Source: an uncultured Eubacteriales bacterium (GTDB lineage: Bacteria; Bacillota; Clostridia; Oscillospirales; Acutalibacteraceae). Taken from it: 49,981 nt of DNA. The DNA lies in the NCBI GenBank assembly GCA_964500795.1, contig CAZCQI010000001.1, positions 1 to 49,981 on the forward strand. The letters run 5' to 3'. Below the pieces are notes generated by a model. That model did not search any database, was not told the origin of the DNA, and saw nothing but the letters and a program-made list of their open reading frames with translations. Below are positions 18,496-27,830 of the stretch, one piece after another. Position 1 is the first letter of the stretch. Every line of letters starts with the position of its first letter. The translations under genes and the position numbers were made by a program.

Positions 18496-19668
18496 TTATC
18501 CGAGCTCCTCAATAAACTCGCCGATTCGTGCAAGAGCCTTTATAATATGCTCGGTTGAGTAGCAATACGAGGCTCTCACATACCCTTCGCCGCCCTTGCC
18601 GAAGGCAGTTCCGGGAACGACTGCAACCTTTTTCGACTGCAAAAGCTTTTCACAGAATTCGTCACTTGAAAGACCCGTGCTTTCAATACAAGGGAAGGCG
18701 TAAAAAGCACCTTTCGGCTCGCGGCAGGTAAGACCGAGTTTATTAAAGCCGTTAACAATAAGACGTCTTCGGCGGTTATATTCTTCACGCATATGCTCTA
18801 TTGATTCATCACCGTTCTTAAGTGCTTCAACTGCGGCATACTGTGAAGTAGTGGGTGCGCACATTATTGCATATTGGTGGATTTTTGTTATCTGCTTTAA
18901 AAGCGGTTCGGGACCGAAGGCATAGCCTAAACGCCAGCCTGTCATAGAATAAGCCTTTGAAAAACCGTTTACGGTAACGGTTCTTTCCCACATGCCGTCA
19001 ACCGCGGCGGCAGGAACGTGATTGCAATCACCGTAAATAAGCTCTGAGTAGATTTCATCGGATATAACAATAATATTCGTATCCTTGATTATCTCGGCTA
19101 TTGCCTCAATATCCGCTCTTTCCATAATTGCCCCTGTAGGGTTGCAGGGGTAGGGGAGAACGAGAGCCTTTGTTTTGGGGGTTATAGCCTTTTTAAGCTC
19201 TTCGGGAGTTACCTTGAAATCATTTTCAGCCTTTGTTTCTATAATAACGGGTACACCGCCTGCAAGAACGGTAATAGGCTCATAGCACACATAGCTGGGT
19301 TGGGGAATTATAACCTCATCTCCGGGGGCGACCACGGCGCGTATTGCACCGTCAATAGCCTCACTGCCTCCTACGGTTACAAGAATTTCCGTTTCAGGCT
19401 TATAAGAAAGGTCATAACGTCTGTTTAAATATCGGGCGATTTCTCTTCTGAGTTCAATAGTACCGCGGTTGGCACTGTATTTGGTTCTGCCGCGTTCTAA
19501 AGAATTTATACCTGCCTTGCGTATCTGCCACGGAGTTTGAAAATCGGGTTCGCCTACACCAAGGGATATAACATCATCCATAGTTGCGGCAATATCAAAA
19601 AACTTTCGTATTCCCGAGGGCTTGATTTCGGCAACGGCAGTGTTTAAAACCTTGGAATAATCAATCAT
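18496..19668 (-). CDS. Class I/II PLP-dependent aminotransferase (AlaT/AspC-like)
   Basis: PLP-lysine motif GFSKAYSMTGWRLGY plus NPTG and SDEIY motifs. About 390 aa. Overlaps the upstream Lrp-family gene by 8 nt, an arrangement resembling B. subtilis alaR-alaT. Confidence 0.88.
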   Translation of the reverse strand: MIDYSKVLNTAVAEIKPSGIRKFFDIAATMDDVISLGVGEPDFQTPWQIRKAGINSLERGRTKYSANRGTIELRREIARYLNRRYDLSYKPETEILVTVGGSEAIDGAIRAVVAPGDEVIIPQPSYVCYEPITVLAGGVPVIIETKAENDFKVTPEELKKAITPKTKALVLPYPCNPTGAIMERADIEAIAEIIKDTNIIVISDEIYSELIYGDCNHVPAAAVDGMWERTVTVNGFSKAYSMTGWRLGYAFGPEPLLKQITKIHQYAIMCAPTTSQYAAVEALKNGDESIEHMREEYNRRRRLIVNGFNKLGLTCREPKGAFYAFPCIESTGLSSDEFCEKLLQSKKVAVVPGTAFGKGGEGYVRASYCYSTEHIIKALARIGEFIEELG

Positions 19669-20146
19669 ACAGGAACTGCCCCCTGGTATCTTCCTCTGCG
19701 CTCAAAAGTTCAACATCCATTTCCTTATATCGGCGCATAACAAAATGGGTTGCAGTTGAGGTGACGGAGTCAATGGTTGCAAGCTCTCTTGCAACAAATT
19801 TTGCAACATCGTGAAGAGTTTTGCCCTTAACAACCACGTTAAGGTCGTAAGAGCCTGACATAAGGTAAACTGATTCTACCTCGCGGTATGACATAACCTT
19901 TTCGGCAACCTCTTCAAAGCCCAGGTCTGCTTTGGGAACAACGTTAAGCTCTACAATTGCGGAAACATAGGCATCATCAAACTTTTCCCAATCTATAACC
20001 GCTTTATAACCGCGGATAATACCTTCCTTTTCAAGCGCTTCAATTTCTGCGGCAACCTCTTTTTCATCTTTTCCCAGCATAACGGCAAGTTCTTCTGTTG
20101 TATATCGTGCATTTCTGCACAAAAGTCTTAAAAGCTCGGATTTCAT
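19661..20146 (-). CDS. Lrp/AsnC-family transcriptional regulator
   Basis: N-terminal HTH (LLRLLCRNARYTTEELAVMLG) and a C-terminal RAM-like domain. About 161 aa. Confidence 0.85.
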   Translation of the reverse strand: MKSELLRLLCRNARYTTEELAVMLGKDEKEVAAEIEALEKEGIIRGYKAVIDWEKFDDAYVSAIVELNVVPKADLGFEEVAEKVMSYREVESVYLMSGSYDLNVVVKGKTLHDVAKFVARELATIDSVTSTATHFVMRRYKEMDVELLSAEEDTRGQFLYD

Positions 20147-20282
20147 AATAAACTCCTTACATTACAATCATTTTGAATTATTATTTTACACTTTTTTTGA
20201 AAAATGTAAAGCAGTTATTGATATATTACCAAAAACTTGATAAAATGTAAATTGTAAAATATATTTTTAAAGAGGTGTAGTT

Positions 20283-20483
20283 GTGGCTGTAAAATTTAAT
20301 GCGGACAAAGCTGTTGTCGAAAGAATAAAAGAAGGACTTAAGATGAAAGACGGATACTGTCCTTGCCGTCTTGAAAGAACAGAAGAAAACAAATGTATTT
20401 GCAAAGAATTCAGAGAGCAGATAAAAGACCCTGATTTTGAGGGCTACTGCCACTGTATGCTTTACTATAAATCCAAAGATTGA
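20283..20483 (+). CDS. Minimal ferredoxin-thioredoxin reductase catalytic-subunit-like protein
   Basis: Cys pattern CPCR-x10-CIC-x16-CHCMLY parallels the CPC...CPC...CHC cluster/disulfide motif of FTR catalytic chains. GTG start 7 nt after GAGG. Immediately upstream of trxA. Confidence 0.6.
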   Translation: MAVKFNADKAVVERIKEGLKMKDGYCPCRLERTEENKCICKEFREQIKDPDFEGYCHCMLYYKSKD

Positions 20484-20497
20484 AAGGATGTGTCATA

Positions 20498-20812
20498 ATG
20501 TCAGTATTGAATATAAATAAAGAAAATTTTGAAGAGCTCGTTTTGAAAAATGAAAAGCCGGTGCTTCTTGATTTTTACGCGGTTTGGTGCGGTCCCTGTC
20601 AGATGGTTTCGCCTGTTGTTGATGAAATTGCCGAGGAAAATCCGCAGTTTGCGGTAGGTAAAATAGATGTGGACAGCGAAATTGATTTGGCGCGTGCATT
20701 CGGTGTTGAGAGCATCCCCACTCTTGTTGTTATGAAAAACGGCGAAGTTGTTAACAAAGCCGTGGGTGGCAGACCCAAACAGCAAATTTTGGCGCTTTTA
20801 GAGGATAAATAA
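20498..20812 (+). CDS. trxA: Thioredoxin
   Basis: WCGPC active site in the context LLDFYAVWCGPCQMVSP, and a cis-Pro region ESIPTLVVMKNGE. ATG at 20498 preceded by AAAGGA. Confidence 0.92.
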   Translation: MSVLNINKENFEELVLKNEKPVLLDFYAVWCGPCQMVSPVVDEIAEENPQFAVGKIDVDSEIDLARAFGVESIPTLVVMKNGEVVNKAVGGRPKQQILALLEDK

Positions 20813-20820
20813 TGATAAAC

Positions 20821-20850
20821 AGGAGCTGTTGTCCGTTTGCGACAGCTCCT
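20821..20850 (+). terminator. Possible terminator after trxA
   Basis: Stem aggagctgt / acagctcct with a 12-nt loop. The T tail is weak. Confidence 0.45.
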
Positions 20851-20887
20851 TTAATATTACATATTTGTTACAAATTATACCGTTTAT

Positions 20888-20916
20888 TTGACAGTTTTGA
20901 AGTTTTATAGTATTAT
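20888..20916 (+). promoter_or_regulatory. Sigma-A-type promoter upstream of the tmk-like gene
   Basis: TTGACA-N17-TATTAT, 48 nt upstream of the ATG at 20965. Confidence 0.5.
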
Positions 20917-20964
20917 TTACAGGTATAATTGGAATGATTATGTATTGAAAGGGCCTGTTAAAGG

Positions 20965-21627
20965 ATGTTTATTGATTTAGAAGGGCTTGACGGTTGCGGT
21001 AAAACCACCCAGACGGAGCTTATATGCAAAAGGCTTGAAGCAGACGGTATTGATTATAAAAAAATCAAGCTTCCCGATTACGAAAGTGAATCGAGTATTC
21101 TTGTAAGAAAATATCTTGCAGGGGATTTCGGTAAAAATGCAGAGGATGTAAATGCATACGCGGCTTCCGTTCTTTATGCAGGCGATAGATTTGCTTCATA
21201 CACCGAAAAGTGGAAGAGCGATTATCTTGAGGGAAAACTCATTTTTGCAGACAGATATACTCCCGCAAACGCCATATATCAAATGACAAAGCTTAAAAAA
21301 GACGAGTGGGACGAATATATAGATTGGCTCTTCGATTTTGAATACAACAAGATAGGTATTCCTGCACCCGATAAGGTTATTTTTCTTGATATGCCCGTTG
21401 AGGTTTCGCAACGCCTTATGACTCAGCGTTATGAGGGTGATGAAAATAAAAAAGATGTTCACGAGGCAAATGTTGATTTTCTCAATGCCTGCCGCGAGGC
21501 GGCACTGTATGCTGCAAAAAAATGCGGCTGGGTCGTAGTTGCCTGTGCCGAGAGCGGCGACCCCCTTTCTATTGAAAGCATCAATGACAGGGTTTACGGG
21601 ATTTTACTTGATACACTTGAAAGATAA
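20965..21627 (+). CDS. tmk: Thymidylate kinase-family nucleotide kinase
   Basis: P-loop EGLDGCGKTT and a DRY-type motif (FADRYTPANAIYQ). About 220 aa. Confidence 0.75.
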   Translation: MFIDLEGLDGCGKTTQTELICKRLEADGIDYKKIKLPDYESESSILVRKYLAGDFGKNAEDVNAYAASVLYAGDRFASYTEKWKSDYLEGKLIFADRYTPANAIYQMTKLKKDEWDEYIDWLFDFEYNKIGIPAPDKVIFLDMPVEVSQRLMTQRYEGDENKKDVHEANVDFLNACREAALYAAKKCGWVVVACAESGDPLSIESINDRVYGILLDTLER

Positions 21628-21636
21628 AGGATATTT

Positions 21637-22521
21637 ATGCTGGATTTTCAACTTGTTACACCACATGATAAACAACTCATAGAAAAATATATTCCCGAAG
21701 ATGTTAAGCAAATGTGCGATTTTTCTTTCGGCAATATTTTTGCTTGGGGTGTGGATGAAAAAACGCGTATAGCCGAAAAAGACGGTTTCCTGTTTTTGCG
21801 CTCCCGATTTAACGGCGTTAAATCATATGCTTTTCCGTGGGGCGCAGGTGATGCGGGAAAAGCTCTTGCGGTAATTGAAGAGGATTCAAAGGCACGTGGG
21901 GCAGAGCTTAGCTTTTATTGCGTAAGCGAAGAACAGGCGGGTGTTTTGAAAAGCTTTTACGGTGACAGGCTCATTCTCACTGAGCAACGGGATTTTTTCG
22001 ATTATATTTACCTTCGTGAAAATCTTGCTTTTCTAAGGGGCAGAAAATATCACTCAATGAAAAATCATGTTAACTCTTTTCAGAAAAAATATGAATATTC
22101 TTATGAAGCTTTAGGCAGTGAAAATATTCGTGAATGTGCAGAGTTTTCAAGACTTTGGCATAAAAACGGAGTCCGTAACCCAAAGCTCGATATAGAAAAA
22201 ATCGTAATAGACCGTGCTTTTGAAAATTTTTCCGAGTTGGGTCTTTCGGGTGCTCTTATAAGAGTAGAAAAGGAAATTGTTGCTTATGCCATGGGTGAAC
22301 CGATGGCAGACGGCAAAACCTACTGCATTCATTTTGAAAAGGCTTCACCGGAGTTTCCCGGTGCATACGCTGTTATAAATAAACTCTTTGCAGAAAATTC
22401 TCTTGGCGATTTCCTTTATATAAACCGCGAGGATGATGCAGGAGCAGAAGGCTTAAGAAAAGCCAAAACCTCCTATAATCCCGAGTACCTTATTAAAAAA
22501 TATTATGGAAAAATCATTTGA
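21637..22521 (+). CDS. DUF2156-family protein (stand-alone homolog of the MprF C-terminal aminoacyl-transferase domain)
   Basis: Length and motifs typical of the family (FSFGNIFAW, LRGRKYHSMKNHVNSF, YINREDDAGAEGLRKAK). This is recognition by eye only. Confidence 0.6.
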   Translation: MLDFQLVTPHDKQLIEKYIPEDVKQMCDFSFGNIFAWGVDEKTRIAEKDGFLFLRSRFNGVKSYAFPWGAGDAGKALAVIEEDSKARGAELSFYCVSEEQAGVLKSFYGDRLILTEQRDFFDYIYLRENLAFLRGRKYHSMKNHVNSFQKKYEYSYEALGSENIRECAEFSRLWHKNGVRNPKLDIEKIVIDRAFENFSELGLSGALIRVEKEIVAYAMGEPMADGKTYCIHFEKASPEFPGAYAVINKLFAENSLGDFLYINREDDAGAEGLRKAKTSYNPEYLIKKYYGKII

Positions 22522-23335
22522 ACCGCGTTTCGTTAAAGTCGGCGAATATAAGGAATTGAAAAAGCTTTGGAAAACCTCCTTCGATGATTCGGACAGGGCG
22601 TTGGATGCCTTCTTTGAAAAGACGGTTACATCCGGCAGTGCAATAGCAATTTTTGACGCAGAAAAAGCAGTAAGTGCTTTATATATGCTCGAAAGTGAAA
22701 TTATTATTTCAGGTGTTTCTTACCGGGCTTTTTATATTTACGCAGTGTGTACCCACCCCGATTACAGGGGCAGGGGGCTTATGAATAAGCTGTTTGGCTT
22801 GCTTAAAAGCACCGCCGTAAAAAGAAATATAAATTATCTTTTTCTTGTTCCCCGGGAGGATTACCTCTTCGGACTTTATGGAAAACAAGGCTTTTTAAAA
22901 GGTTTTTGTTACAAAGAAAAAACAGTTTTTAAATCTGCATTTGAAAATATATGCGTACCCGAAACATATCAAGCGGATTTTGAAAGCTACAAAAAATACA
23001 GCTTTGAAAAATCGTATTTTTGCCCTGTAGCAATGCTTAAGGAGAAGCCTTTTAACAGCTTTTTCTTTTCCGCAGAAGGCACTGTAACGGCGCTGTTTAC
23101 CGATAACGGCTATATTCTTTATGAATATGAGCACGGTCGTGTTACGGTTTTTGAATATTTCGGCGATGAAGCATCGCTTCTTCGGGCGGTTTTTGTTGAG
23201 ACCGATGCAGAATGGGTTGAAGTGCGTGAGCCTTGTTCACAAAATGAAGAAGGTATACCCTACGGTATGTATTGCCCCGTGTCTGATGCGCCCGAAATAG
23301 AAAACGGATTTTTCGGAATACCCTATTCTACCTGA
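22505..23335 (+). CDS. GNAT-family N-acetyltransferase with C-terminal extension
   Basis: Acetyl-CoA-binding motif HPDYRGRGLMNKLF. Overlaps the DUF2156 gene by 17 nt. Confidence 0.65.
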   Translation: MEKSFEPRFVKVGEYKELKKLWKTSFDDSDRALDAFFEKTVTSGSAIAIFDAEKAVSALYMLESEIIISGVSYRAFYIYAVCTHPDYRGRGLMNKLFGLLKSTAVKRNINYLFLVPREDYLFGLYGKQGFLKGFCYKEKTVFKSAFENICVPETYQADFESYKKYSFEKSYFCPVAMLKEKPFNSFFFSAEGTVTALFTDNGYILYEYEHGRVTVFEYFGDEASLLRAVFVETDAEWVEVREPCSQNEEGIPYGMYCPVSDAPEIENGFFGIPYST

Positions 23336-23349
23336 AAAGAGGTTTTTTT

Positions 23350-23895
23350 ATGATATATATTTTTCTCGCAGACGGTTTTGAAGAAATAGAAGCGTTGGCA
23401 CCTCTTGATTTTTTATTAAGAGCAGGTGTAGATGTTAAAACCGTTGCAGTTGATGAAATGCTTTGCAGGGGAACTCATAATATTAAAGTTCAGGCGGATT
23501 TACGTACAGACGATATTTTTCTTGACGACAGTCTCGAAGGTATAATTCTCCCCGGAGGAATGCCGGGAGCAAAAAATCTTAATAATTCTTCTCAGGTTCA
23601 GTCGGCAATTGATTACTGCGCAAAGAACGCAAAGGTTATCGGTGCTATTTGTGCCGCACCCTTTATACTCGGCAGAAAAGGACTTTTAAACGGCAAGAAG
23701 GCAACTTGCTTCCCCGGTTTTGAAAATGAACTTGCAGGAGCAGAAGTCCTTCCGGACGGTGTGGTTACCGACGGCAATATCGTTACGGCGAAAGGTGCAG
23801 GTGTTGCGTGGGAGTTCGGAGCTGCCGTTGCGAGCCTTGTTGCAGGTGAAACAAGGGCAGAGGAAATACTCAGGGGTATTCAATGGAAAAAGTAA
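23350..23895 (+). CDS. DJ-1/PfpI (ThiJ) family protein
   Basis: Nucleophile elbow IGAICAAP, plus LPGG and ITAKG-like (VTAKGAG) motifs. About 181 aa. Confidence 0.85.
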   Translation: MIYIFLADGFEEIEALAPLDFLLRAGVDVKTVAVDEMLCRGTHNIKVQADLRTDDIFLDDSLEGIILPGGMPGAKNLNNSSQVQSAIDYCAKNAKVIGAICAAPFILGRKGLLNGKKATCFPGFENELAGAEVLPDGVVTDGNIVTAKGAGVAWEFGAAVASLVAGETRAEEILRGIQWKK

Positions 23896-24482
23896 CTGAT
23901 ATAAGACCCATTAAGAAAAAACTTCGTGCAGAGGCTAAGGAAAAAAGGCTTTCAATGGACCCTTTTTCGAAAACCTCATACGATAAAAAGATATGTAATA
24001 AGCTTCTCAACCTTTGGGCGGTGCGCGAGGCGAGGACGGTTCTTTGCTATGTGTCCACACCTATTGAGGTTGATACAAGAAACTTTATCGATGCACTTCT
24101 TTCTCTCGGCAAAAAGGTGGCAGTTCCCCGTTGCGAGGGCGAAAAAAGCAATATGAATTTTTATTATATAGATTCATTGAACGATTTGCAGGTCGGTTCC
24201 TTCGGCGTATTAGAACCCTGCTCAGAGGATGAAAAGAGAGTTACAGATACCTACGGTGCGGTTTGCATCGTGCCTGCTTTTATGTTTGATAAATCAGGCT
24301 ACCGTCTGGGCTACGGTAAGGGATATTATGACAGATATCTTTCACGTTACAAAGGCTCAACTATCGGCATTTGTTACGACGAAAATATAACTGATGAATT
24401 ATTTCACGGCAAATTTGACAGGACAGTGAATATGGTGCTGACTGAAAAACGAATCATCACCGTGAATGAAAAGGAGGCTTGA
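23883..24482 (+). CDS. 5-formyltetrahydrofolate cyclo-ligase
   Basis: Family pattern K..LR, EVDT, FGVLEP, VPAFMFDKSGYRLGYGKGYYDRYL. Confidence 0.85.
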   Translation: MEKVTDIRPIKKKLRAEAKEKRLSMDPFSKTSYDKKICNKLLNLWAVREARTVLCYVSTPIEVDTRNFIDALLSLGKKVAVPRCEGEKSNMNFYYIDSLNDLQVGSFGVLEPCSEDEKRVTDTYGAVCIVPAFMFDKSGYRLGYGKGYYDRYLSRYKGSTIGICYDENITDELFHGKFDRTVNMVLTEKRIITVNEKEA

Positions 24483-24484
24483 TT

Positions 24485-25993
24485 ATGGCTCATGACGATT
24501 TCAGTGATTATGAAGAACTTTTGAATATGTATGCTGAGGAAAGCGACTCACCAAAGCAGAAGAAAAGCACTGCTCAGGCTGATTTGGAAAATGAGCTTGA
24601 GCGTTCTCAGAGCGAACGCCGCAAGCGTGTTCAAAATTTTAAGGTGGATATTTCTTCAGACTCTTCCGCGGATAAACCCTCCTACAAGGGCGGAGTGTAT
24701 TTTTCTAATCCGCCCCGTGATATAGACAAGGAGGCGCAGAGGGAGAAAAAAGCCAACGCGAGAAAAACTCAGAATACCTCAAAATCACAGCAGGCAAAGA
24801 AATTCAGCGTGTCTGCTCCGCCTGCTACCGCAAAGCAGAAAAAAGCCATTGCCCTCAAAGAGGCTAAGGCTAAGAAAAGAGCAGAAAAATTCGGAGGAAA
24901 ACTTCTTGCTTCGGAAAAATTCTCAAAATTTGCTTTATGTGCGGCAATAGTTGTTTTTACAAGTGTTATCCTCTGTATTTACGGAATAGGCTGTATTAAC
25001 GATGTTCTTGCGCTGAATGTTGATGATGTATCCGTTGAGGTCACCGTTTCCGAAAATATGACAGACGGAGAGGTTATTGATATTCTTGAAGATAATGACC
25101 TTATAAATCACGGGCTTTTCTGCAAAGCGTTTGTGAAAATTCTGGATATAACAAGTGACAGTAAAAAAAGTACGTATGTTTCAGGTGTTTATACCCTTTC
25201 GAAGAGTTACGGACTTGAAAAAATGCTTTCTACCATGAAGGCAGACATTACACTTTCCGAAACTGTTACTCTTACCTTCCCTGAGGGCTGGACCATTGAC
25301 CAGATAGCGGAGAAGCTGGAAGCAAACGAGGTTTGCACCGCCGCAAGCTTTATCAGCACTCTTCAGACGGTTGATTTTTCCGAAGAATATTCATTTATTG
25401 CGGCAATTCCTCAAAAAGAATTGCGTTTCAGGCTTCTTGAGGGTTATATTTACCCCGACACCTACGATTTCTATGTGGGCGAAAATGCTTCCAGCGTTGT
25501 AAGAAAATTCCTTAATAACTTCAAAAGTAAGTGGACTGATGAATATCAGGCTCAGGCGGATGCATTGGGAGTAAGTGTTGACGAAGCGATAGTGGTTGCT
25601 TCCATTCTTCAGAAGGAGGCGGCTTCCGATGTACAAATGCCCAATATTTCATCTATTATTTATAACCGTCTTGGCAATCAGTCGGCTTTCCCCTGGCTTC
25701 AGTTCGACTCAACAGAGGTTTACCTTCTTGAAACCATTAAACCAACTCTTACCTCTTCTACCGAGGATACCGAGAAATATGTTGAATATCGCGATAATTA
25801 CGATACTTACAGTACCGAGTGCACGGGTCTTCCCGTTGGTGCTATCTGCAATCCGGGTGACGATGCAATAAAAGCAGCACTTAACCCTGCAAATACCGAT
25901 TATTATTACTTCTGCCACGATGATGACGGTAATGCTTATTATGCAAATACATTTGCTAAGCATCAGCAGAACCTAAGAAAGATAGGCGGTTGA
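24485..25993 (+). CDS. mltG: Endolytic murein transglycosylase MltG (YceG-like) with a long Lys-rich N-terminal cytoplasmic extension
   Basis: TM at about aa 150. YceG core motifs EGYIYPDTY, ASILQKEA and YNRL. C-terminal YNTY-like (YDTYSTECTGLPVGAICNPG) region. Confidence 0.85.
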   Translation: MAHDDFSDYEELLNMYAEESDSPKQKKSTAQADLENELERSQSERRKRVQNFKVDISSDSSADKPSYKGGVYFSNPPRDIDKEAQREKKANARKTQNTSKSQQAKKFSVSAPPATAKQKKAIALKEAKAKKRAEKFGGKLLASEKFSKFALCAAIVVFTSVILCIYGIGCINDVLALNVDDVSVEVTVSENMTDGEVIDILEDNDLINHGLFCKAFVKILDITSDSKKSTYVSGVYTLSKSYGLEKMLSTMKADITLSETVTLTFPEGWTIDQIAEKLEANEVCTAASFISTLQTVDFSEEYSFIAAIPQKELRFRLLEGYIYPDTYDFYVGENASSVVRKFLNNFKSKWTDEYQAQADALGVSVDEAIVVASILQKEAASDVQMPNISSIIYNRLGNQSAFPWLQFDSTEVYLLETIKPTLTSSTEDTEKYVEYRDNYDTYSTECTGLPVGAICNPGDDAIKAALNPANTDYYYFCHDDDGNAYYANTFAKHQQNLRKIGG

Positions 25994-26075
25994 GTTCCGA
26001 TAAAATCGCCCATAGCACCGTTTTATGCTCAGGGCAGTATCCTTATACAGCAACGTTTTAGATTTATAAACTATA

Positions 26076-26118
26076 AAAGCTCTCTGTGAAATCACAATCG
26101 GTTTCACAGAGAGCTTTT
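26076..26118. terminator. Bidirectional terminator between mltG (+) and hemW (-)
   Basis: 16-17-bp arms aaaagctctctgtgaaa / tttcacagagagctttt. Confidence 0.75.
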
Positions 26119-26144
26119 GCTATTATTAAAATTGTTGCAGGCTG

Positions 26145-27263
26145 TTAAATGAATTCGGCAATGATACTGTTTGAAAGCAGAAAGCCTTTTTCGGTCAGTG
26201 AGAGCTTTTCTTCGTCAAAATTTACAAGTCCTTCTTTTGCAAAAAGAGGGGCTTTTTTAATTATTTTTTCACAGTATGATTTGCCGTAAAGCCGATTAAG
26301 ACAGGAAAGACTTAAGCCTTCCTTCAGCCTTAAACGAAGCATTATGTATTCTTCGGCATCGCCGCCGATGCAGTCGAATACCGCGCTCTCGCCGTTTATA
26401 AAGCTTTCTGTATCGGCAGAAAAATAAAACCGCTTGCCGCTTATATATGAATGGGCAGAGGGACCTAATCCCAGATAATCGTCAAGAAGCCAATATTTCG
26501 TATTGTGGCGGCTTTCAAAGCCGGGGATGGCGAAGTTTGAAATTTCGTAATGACTAAAGCCCGCTTTTTCCAATATGTGGGCGCACTGAAGGTAAAATTC
26601 GCTCACGGTTTCATCATCGGGAAAGTCGTATTTTTCACGGTGCAGGTCGAAAAAAGTACCTTCTTCAATTTTGAGCATGTACGCGCTTATGTGCTTGGCA
26701 CCGCAGTTTTTTACAAATTCGAGGGTGTCGTTTAATGTTTCGGCAGTTTGTAAAGGTATACCCAGCATAACATCAAGGGATATGTTTTCTATCCCCGAAT
26801 TCTTGAAAATTTCAATTACCCGTGAAACACGCTCTCTGTCGGCAGCTCTTCCCAGAGCTTTTCGTTCCTTATCAACCGCTGATTGAAGTCCCAAGGAGAT
26901 TCTGTTAACGCCTGCCCTTTTTAAAAACGGCGCGATTCCTTCAATGTCTGAGTTTGGGTTGCATTCCACGGTAATTTCAGCTGTATCGGGAATATTGAAT
27001 TTTTCTTTTGCGGATGTGATTATGCTGAAAAGCTCTTCTCCCGAAAGGACGGAGGGCGTTCCGCCGCCAAGATAAAGGGTATCTGCTGTTATGGGTTCTT
27101 CAATAAACTCCTTACAACGCGAAAGAGTGTTTATTTCATTTAAAAGAGCCTCAACATATTTTCTCTGCAATTCATCAGTACATCTGTTGGAATAAAAATC
27201 GCAGTACGGGCACTTGGATTTACAAAACGGAATATGAATATAAATACCTGCCAAAACAATCAC
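26145..27263 (-). CDS. hemW: Radical SAM heme chaperone HemW (HemN-like, oxygen-independent coproporphyrinogen oxidase family)
   Basis: IYIHIPFCKSKCPYCDF (CxxxCxxC), GGGTPS and the HemN C-terminal domain. About 372 aa. Confidence 0.9.
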   Translation of the reverse strand: MIVLAGIYIHIPFCKSKCPYCDFYSNRCTDELQRKYVEALLNEINTLSRCKEFIEEPITADTLYLGGGTPSVLSGEELFSIITSAKEKFNIPDTAEITVECNPNSDIEGIAPFLKRAGVNRISLGLQSAVDKERKALGRAADRERVSRVIEIFKNSGIENISLDVMLGIPLQTAETLNDTLEFVKNCGAKHISAYMLKIEEGTFFDLHREKYDFPDDETVSEFYLQCAHILEKAGFSHYEISNFAIPGFESRHNTKYWLLDDYLGLGPSAHSYISGKRFYFSADTESFINGESAVFDCIGGDAEEYIMLRLRLKEGLSLSCLNRLYGKSYCEKIIKKAPLFAKEGLVNFDEEKLSLTEKGFLLSNSIIAEFI

Positions 27264-27271
27264 CGTAATGA

Positions 27272-27484
27272 TTATACAATATCCTCACTGCTTTTTTCAA
27301 TTGCCTTTTCGATTTTCTTTTTCACATATTTATTTTTACATCCGCCTGCTTCGTTACATTTGAATTTGTGGTAGTGCAGGCATCTGACCTTCTTTTTGCC
27401 GCTTAAAAAAGTCATTTCCTGTATTATAACGTTTTTGGATATAACGGGGCAGTATTGCTCATAGGTATAAGAATGTCTGTTCAT
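27272..27484 (-). CDS. Small basic Cys-containing protein of unknown function
   Basis: 70-aa ORF ending 8 nt upstream of hemW. It has four Cys (C12, C35, C43, C49) and a Lys-rich tail. I recognised no family. Confidence 0.4.
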   Translation of the reverse strand: MNRHSYTYEQYCPVISKNVIIQEMTFLSGKKKVRCLHYHKFKCNEAGGCKNKYVKKKIEKAIEKSSEDIV

Positions 27485-27647
27485 AATTAACCTCTCATAA
27501 TTTATTTTATCACTAATAAGTATGTTCTGGTTTTCGGTTTAATAATCTGTAATAAAATATATTTTGTCCGCATATCAATAAAGCGGAAATTTATGAAAAG
27601 GGGAGAACAAAATATACAAAGCACGTCTTTATTCAAGAATTAAAAAA

Positions 27648-27830
27648 ATGAGTGATAATGAGCTTCTTCTTAAAGAAATTGAGGAAACAAGGCTCCTTAT
27701 GAAGCTTGCGTATTTTAAAATTTCACAAACTGTTGAGAAGGAATTGGTTGAATCTGCAATATTGGAGCTTCGCAGTCTTGAGCTAAAGCATGCATATCTG
27801 ATGAAGAAATTAAAGGAGGCAGAAAAATGA
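27648..27830 (+). CDS. yaaL: YaaL-like (DUF2508) small helical protein
   Basis: 60-aa helical protein directly upstream of, and overlapping (ATGA), a BofA-like gene, as in the B. subtilis yaaL-bofA arrangement. Confidence 0.5.
   Translation: MSDNELLLKEIEETRLLMKLAYFKISQTVEKELVESAILELRSLELKHAYLMKKLKEAEK

Noticed and set aside
20237-20265. TTGATA-N17-TATATT as the promoter of the FTR-like gene
   Set aside because: The predicted transcription start would fall inside the RBS, only about 11 nt from the GTG start, so I did not list it as a feature.
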